From Candidatus Harpocratesius repetitus (GTDB lineage: Archaea > Asgardarchaeota > Lokiarchaeia > Sigyniarchaeales > Promethearchaeaceae), in the NCBI GenBank assembly GCA_021498095.1, contig JAIZWK010000001.1, positions 120,001 through 152,000 on the forward strand: 32,000 bases of DNA, in the 5' to 3' direction. Positions 27,269 to 32,000 of this stretch are shown here, one piece after another (within the stretch, counting starts at the first letter, position 1; the number at the start of each line of letters is the position of its first letter). The position numbers were made by a program, and so were the translations under genes. The notes under the pieces were generated by a model that made no database searches, was not told where the DNA came from, and saw only the letters and a program-made list of their open reading frames with translations.

Positions 27269-29428
27269 TTAATTTTCAATGGTTTCTTCTTCATCGTTAT
27301 TTTTATCTTTTATCTTGCTCAAAAACCATTGAGCTGTTTCAACTTTAAGCAAATTATGGAAATAACTATAATCTTCTTCCCCTGACTCTGGATTGATCAA
27401 TATTTTAAACACAATCTCAGGATCTATATTTAGTTCACCGGTTTCAATATTATCGTAAATAAAACTTTGAAATACGGTTGGAGAAATCCGATCCCGAAGT
27501 AAAGGATCGACAAAGCCCCGTCTTAAATAATCTAATGATTTTTTCTGAATAGAATGACGAAAATCTAAATATTTTGTTATTATTTCAGATGCTTCTTTGT
27601 TAATAAAAACTGCTTCTTCGATTGGATCATTTCCAATCAACTTTATTTTTCGAATCTCTTCCGGAATTCCTAATACATTATATGCTAAAAACATAATTTG
27701 AAGGTAATATTTGAATTCTGAAAAACTTCCAAAAAATTGTTCTAATATCTTGTAAAATTCATAGGAAAAGGCAGAATTTCCTTTTAATATTAGGCGTGAA
27801 TAGTACTGGAAAAATTCATTCCTATTCATATTAGGCAATCTTCGATCAATAAAGCTTCTAAATTTCTTTTTATTGCTCCATTTCTGTTCAAAATATAAAT
27901 AAAACACAATTGAAAACGCGATGAAATTATGTATTTTGTTACTAAATTGTGTAAATAATTGAACAACGGTTATTGTTTTGATCTTTTCTCCACAATCAAC
28001 AATAATTTCAAAAAAATCATCTATTTTTTCAGAAATAATTCCTAATTTTAAGTATCTTTTTATCCGTGGTATCGATTCTTTTTTAATTAATCCTGATTGA
28101 GAAGAAAACAAGAGATAGAGAATCATTTCCCAATTAAAACTATTTGATTCAATCTCGTTTTTAATTGCTTTACTTAAAATATTGAATTTATCTGGGAATC
28201 TATCCAATACCCTTAATCTTTTTTCCTTATCAGGTTCTAGAAGTAATATTTGTTCTGATAACTGACAATATAGTTTCATATCCAATTGTGATTTTCCTAA
28301 AATATAGTATTCATATAGAAATAGAAGATTTTCACTTGGAATAAATTTCTTTGTAATTAAATTTTCAAAATAATATGTTTTCTTATTCCTCAAGCAGTTG
28401 ATAAATTGTTTTGGGGGATATTTTATCATTTTATGCTCATTTTCAAGTACTTGAATTAATTCTTCTTCAATTCCAAGAACATTGCATAGAAAAAGAAATT
28501 TAATCACTTCATTTGGCCATAATTCACTTTCTAAATATGCGCCTTGACCGGAATTAGATAATTTCCATAAAGTACAAGAAAAATCGGTAATTTTTGATAA
28601 TTTAGAATATCTTTCTTGTTGAGGAATCTTAACAATTAAATTACGAAAATACTCAAACATTTTTCTGATAACAATTATAGATTTATTTTTCTCCTTCTGG
28701 CCTAAATTGGGAATTTGGGCATTCGCACCTGATGATTGGATTTTATCCAAAATACTTTGAACACTTATTTTCGTTAATTCATACTGAACAGACAAATCCG
28801 ATGCTTGAATGAATCCTAATTTCCCTTCTACGAGAAATGAAGATAATGGCAAATACTGAACCAATAAAAGGCATCTAGGACAAATATTAACAGGACGACT
28901 CATGTTTGAAAAACCTTGTGCTTCTGAACCCATTGAACCAACTAAGGGAAAGAAATCCCTCCCTGCAGAATAAAATTTTGATTTATCTTTAGGATTATAT
29001 TTTGGATTATTCTCTTTAATTACTTCAGCATATTTTACATTAAAATCAAAATTATGGGATATCCCACAAATTTCACACTTAAATTCAGAATTTTTATCTA
29101 GAATAGATTTATTTAATCTTTCACACTCACTCAACAACATTTCTAAATAGGCTTTATAGATCTTCTCATTATTAGGTTTAAAAGAAACGTGCATCAAAGG
29201 GCAATTTGTTCCAAAAAACATGGTATAACTTTTAAATCTCCTTAAGTTTGAAGTAAGCCATGAAATTCCATAACTTGAACTAGATTCGGTTATTAAAAAT
29301 GACTTGAAGTCTTCAAATAAGAAGTCATCATCCAAGGGCTTTGAAGCAAGCACACGTACAGTTAGTAAGGCGGCATCTACAAGAAAATTTCCTGTCATAG
29401 CCAATAAATCGACTTTCTCTTCATTCAT
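27269..29428 (-). CDS. cas8: Type I large subunit Cas8 (Cst1/CXXC-CXXC-like), 719 aa
   Basis: MTGNFLVDAAL, CEICG, FFPLVGSMGS, ICPRCLL, LSNSGQG. Start moved to ATG 29428 (ATGA overlap with the upstream cas7b stop) from the track's 29497. Confidence 0.85.
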   Translation of the reverse strand: MNEEKVDLLAMTGNFLVDAALLTVRVLASKPLDDDFLFEDFKSFLITESSSSYGISWLTSNLRRFKSYTMFFGTNCPLMHVSFKPNNEKIYKAYLEMLLSECERLNKSILDKNSEFKCEICGISHNFDFNVKYAEVIKENNPKYNPKDKSKFYSAGRDFFPLVGSMGSEAQGFSNMSRPVNICPRCLLLVQYLPLSSFLVEGKLGFIQASDLSVQYELTKISVQSILDKIQSSGANAQIPNLGQKEKNKSIIVIRKMFEYFRNLIVKIPQQERYSKLSKITDFSCTLWKLSNSGQGAYLESELWPNEVIKFLFLCNVLGIEEELIQVLENEHKMIKYPPKQFINCLRNKKTYYFENLITKKFIPSENLLFLYEYYILGKSQLDMKLYCQLSEQILLLEPDKEKRLRVLDRFPDKFNILSKAIKNEIESNSFNWEMILYLLFSSQSGLIKKESIPRIKRYLKLGIISEKIDDFFEIIVDCGEKIKTITVVQLFTQFSNKIHNFIAFSIVFYLYFEQKWSNKKKFRSFIDRRLPNMNRNEFFQYYSRLILKGNSAFSYEFYKILEQFFGSFSEFKYYLQIMFLAYNVLGIPEEIRKIKLIGNDPIEEAVFINKEASEIITKYLDFRHSIQKKSLDYLRRGFVDPLLRDRISPTVFQSFIYDNIETGELNIDPEIVFKILINPESGEEDYSYFHNLLKVETAQWFLSKIKDKNNDEEETIEN

Positions 29429-30471
29429 ATTACATTCACTTCCTCCAAAAATGAAATTAGCTGCCCAGGAGAAGATAAAATAATCTGGTTTTTCCACTCA
29501 TCTTCTAAAGACATCTCATATAGCTTTTGATAATTGATCAAAAATCCATTTCTTACACCTATGAAAAGAGGTGCTTTAAGAATTTTATTAACTGATTTTA
29601 TTTTCATCTTAAGTTTTTCAATATTTATTTGGGTTCCTAAAGGAGTCTCTTCTAATACATCACCAAAAATCGGATTTCCTCCATTCATACACCCGACAAT
29701 TATTATTTTAGGTGTCAAATCACATAAATATTGGCTAAGTTTAGCGCCACCTCCAAAAAATAAAAGACTTTTGATCAAAGATTTAATTCTCAATTTTTTA
29801 ACTATTTTATTGTCTGTTAATTCAAAATTATCTTTTTCAATTTCTTTAATAATACCATCTTTAATAGCTTTTGAACTAGTTTTTTCATATAATTCTTGTC
29901 TGTCTAAAATATTTCGATAAAAACCAAACTTCTCTATATTAAAATTAAAAACAGAGACCATTACTGCATTATAAAACTTCGAATTGTATGGAAGTGGAGT
30001 GCTGTCTCCTTCAAGATGAACAAATGCATCATCCTTATTAAAATAACCATGAGTCTTTTTCTGCTGAGAAATAATGGATATTGGATGAAGTTGAGTGATT
30101 GCGACAGGAGATAATCTTACCTGACTTACATTAACATTACCCATAGCATCACTAGATACAGACTGATCAAAACCTTCAAAATATCCAAATAAATCATGTT
30201 CTGCCTTAAAAAAATTTAAATTCTCAAGCTTTTGTAATTTAGGATTATAATTTAGCTCTTTACGATAAATTTGATTAAAAATCTTTCGCCAATAATGCCG
30301 CCAGGACTGAGCAGAGATATATGGAGTTTCATTTCCATTATACATTAAAAATTTTGGCATGCTGATATCAGATTTTGATTCTTTTTGGGGATCGCCACCA
30401 TTAATGAAACCTGAATCAACTTTAACAGCAAAAAAGCCACATAAATGTGTTATTTTACGAGTAGTCGACAT
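29425..30471 (-). CDS. cas7: Second, divergent Cas7 paralogue (cas7b), 348 aa
   Basis: Collinear with cas7a end to end: GFINGG/AFLNGA, MPKFL/RPKFM, PYISAQSWRHYWR/PYVSSQAWKHWLR, HDLFGY/DDLFGY, DAFVHLEGDSTPLPYNSKFYNA/EAFVHLEGEDSPLPYTTQFYNA, GGAKLSQ/GGAKLAQ, PLFIGVR/PIYIGIR. Confidence 0.88.
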   Translation of the reverse strand: MSTTRKITHLCGFFAVKVDSGFINGGDPQKESKSDISMPKFLMYNGNETPYISAQSWRHYWRKIFNQIYRKELNYNPKLQKLENLNFFKAEHDLFGYFEGFDQSVSSDAMGNVNVSQVRLSPVAITQLHPISIISQQKKTHGYFNKDDAFVHLEGDSTPLPYNSKFYNAVMVSVFNFNIEKFGFYRNILDRQELYEKTSSKAIKDGIIKEIEKDNFELTDNKIVKKLRIKSLIKSLLFFGGGAKLSQYLCDLTPKIIIVGCMNGGNPIFGDVLEETPLGTQINIEKLKMKIKSVNKILKAPLFIGVRNGFLINYQKLYEMSLEDEWKNQIILSSPGQLISFLEEVNVI

Positions 30472-30804
30472 ATTCCTTCCTTTTTATCTTGTTTGATGAA
30501 TTTATTTTGAAAAACCAATTTTTAAAATATTGATATTATCTTACTTAATTTTTGTTGTGTTGTATATTTAAATTCAATGGTCTCAAAATTCAATTAAAAA
30601 TTAATTAAAATCGATCTTTTTTATAAGAAAGATTTCAAATAACTTTTATTTTCTTGCTTAATTTTAAAATCAGCGTGAATTTCATTTTATATTTAGATGA
30701 TTCTTAAAAATTTTTATTTGAATCAAAAGAATTGAGATTTTAATATAGTTTTTATTTTGGGAACACTTAGCAACATTTATAAAATTAACATCGAATTGAA
30801 AATC

Positions 30805-30850
30805 TTGCATGCAATATACATTTGCTAATATACATTTGCTGATATACAAT
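30805..30850. promoter_or_regulatory. Palindrome plus tandem 14-bp repeats in the divergent intergenic region
   Basis: TTGCATGCAA (30805-30814) overlapping AATATACATTTGCT x2 (30813-30840) and a partial third copy GATATACAAT. Confidence 0.4.
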
Positions 30851-31113
30851 CTAAATTTAGAATTTCCTATCAAATAAAGTAATTTTTATTGATTCAAATC
30901 AAATTGAATGGATTTAATAATTGTGGAACAACGAAGATAGAAATTGTAATGCAAATCATGTAATTTTTAACGAATTAATAATTTTTTTTTACCTTAAAAT
31001 GAAAATTATATATTCATTTTTTCTGGAACATTACATTAATAAAGAAAAAGCACTAATAATTATTCACTAATTTGATAACTAATATCTAAGACAGATGAAC
31101 ATGAGGGAAAATT

Positions 31114-32000
31114 GTGGCGTCACAGATAATAAGATTTAATCCAATAAATTTTTCTAAACAATCTTGTGGAACTGCGGATGAAATAATCAAAAATAATCAA
31201 TATGTTTTTAATCGCATTCAGGAAATAATAAATTCGAAATATAAGAATAAAAGTACATTAAATAAACTTCAAAAATTAGAAGAATTAATTTTAGATTGTT
31301 ATACAAACAACACAAATATTATTAATCTAAAGAAAAATCCCTTCATTGAAGTTCCAAGTGATACAAGATTCCCTAATAATTTTAACTCAATTGCAGATCA
31401 TTCCATATTTACGGCTGCATTAATGCAGTTACTACTTTCACTCTGCTTCGACAAATTAAATCAAAAATCGAATATTGATAACAATATAAATACAAAGAAC
31501 TACGAAGATTATCAGGATTTAATTCAAAAATCCCCATTCTATGAAAAATTATTAGATGCTTTATTTCCATCTTCTCCAAAAATATTTCTAGAGAATGCCT
31601 CAAAAAATCAAATTAAACCACTTGATATTTTGTTATATGGACGACTAGCAGGATTACTGCACGATATTCAAAAACCTAAACTAAATAAGCATGCAGAAAT
31701 TGGAGCTGAAAGAGTAGAAAAACTATTAACTAATATCGGAATTCAAAAAGAGATTACAGAAATAATCGTGTCTGCAATAAAGCAACATCATACAAAAAAT
31801 CCAAATATCGGATTGTTTGGTGAAATTCTTCAACTTTCTGATAAAATAGGGACTGCAGATAGAAGTTCATTATTTGATCTTGAGATATTCTACAATATTT
31901 TAAAAAGTGATCCTCTTATTCATAGTGTTTTTACCGATAAAGGAAAAGAAGATTTTATCAAAGGAATAGAAGAGCATGATGTTGAGAAACTCATAAATTT
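31114..32000 (+). CDS. HD-domain protein, probably the N-terminus of a Cas10-family subunit (partial, runs off the window)
   Basis: Not in the ORF track. Manual translation from GTG 31114 (GAGGG upstream) is stop-free to the edge: VPSDTRFPNNFNSIADHSIFTAA...RLAGLLHDIQKP...HAEIG...IKQHH...LSDKIGTADR. Confidence 0.65.
   Translation, partial: MASQIIRFNPINFSKQSCGTADEIIKNNQYVFNRIQEIINSKYKNKSTLNKLQKLEELILDCYTNNTNIINLKKNPFIEVPSDTRFPNNFNSIADHSIFTAALMQLLLSLCFDKLNQKSNIDNNINTKNYEDYQDLIQKSPFYEKLLDALFPSSPKIFLENASKNQIKPLDILLYGRLAGLLHDIQKPKLNKHAEIGAERVEKLLTNIGIQKEITEIIVSAIKQHHTKNPNIGLFGEILQLSDKIGTADRSSLFDLEIFYNILKSDPLIHSVFTDKGKEDFIKGIEEHDVEKLIN

Noticed and set aside
29429-29497. Extended cas8 start at 29497
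   Set aside because: It would overlap cas7b by 73 bp with an atypical peptide; ATG 29428 gives the standard ATGA coupling and family-like N-terminus.
18777-30471. Calling beta-CASP + Cas7 + Cas5 a type VII system
   Set aside because: These Cas7/Cas5 are Cst2-type class I subunits with Cas8 and an intact Cas3, and the beta-CASP has its extra domain at the N- rather than C-terminus.
30795-30813. AATTGAAAATCTTGCATGC resembles a joined repeat end + repeat start (AATTGAAAT+CCTGCATGC)
   Set aside because: Needs one gap and one mismatch over ~18 nt in very AT-rich DNA, with no flanking repeat or spacer; likely chance.
220-30873. Short ORFs antisense to or nested in long genes (e.g. 220-435, 4069-4320, 6060-6392, 7712-8087, 10923-11120, 11508-11747, 12305-12487, 19293-20717, 22731-24729, 25772-27070, 29534-29920) and intergenic 30682-30873
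   Set aside because: No recognisable motifs; they overlap well-supported genes or lie in low-complexity AT-rich DNA.
31409-31603. 64-aa minus-strand ORF
   Set aside because: Shadow of the plus-strand HD-domain ORF from 31114.
1-32000. cas1, cas2, cas6, tRNA/rRNA, transposase or integrase genes
   Set aside because: No supporting motifs found; adaptation and processing genes may lie outside the window.

Overview
A very AT-rich, probably archaeal CRISPR-Cas defence island (TATA-like leader elements, 37-bp repeats ending ATTGAAAT; taxonomy cannot be fixed from this window). Left to right: a VapBC-like RHH/PIN toxin-antitoxin pair; a small membrane protein gene (in-frame TGA) coupled to a 2H-phosphoesterase-like gene; a PIN remnant; a Csx1-type CARF-HEPN nuclease fused to a Csx20-like domain; a small heterogeneous CRISPR array (7 repeats); a decayed cas4; a complete type III-B cmr1-6 operon with an HD-less, GGDD-intact Cas10 and a CARF-wHTH-PD-(D/E)xK gene inserted between cmr3 and cmr4; a 53-repeat array; a beta-CASP nuclease with an N-terminal extension; a CARF-HEPN gene; a Cst1/Cst2-type (I-B-like) module ordered cas7b-cas8-cas7a-cas5-cas3; and, missed by the ORF track, the start of a divergently transcribed HD-domain Cas10-like gene at the right edge. 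No cas1, cas2 or cas6 is visible. The strongest novelty candidates are the type I module with two divergent, translationally coupled Cas7 paralogues (the extra one in the slot usually held by cas6) and the CRISPR-embedded beta-CASP nuclease. All family calls come from motif recognition by eye, not database searches.
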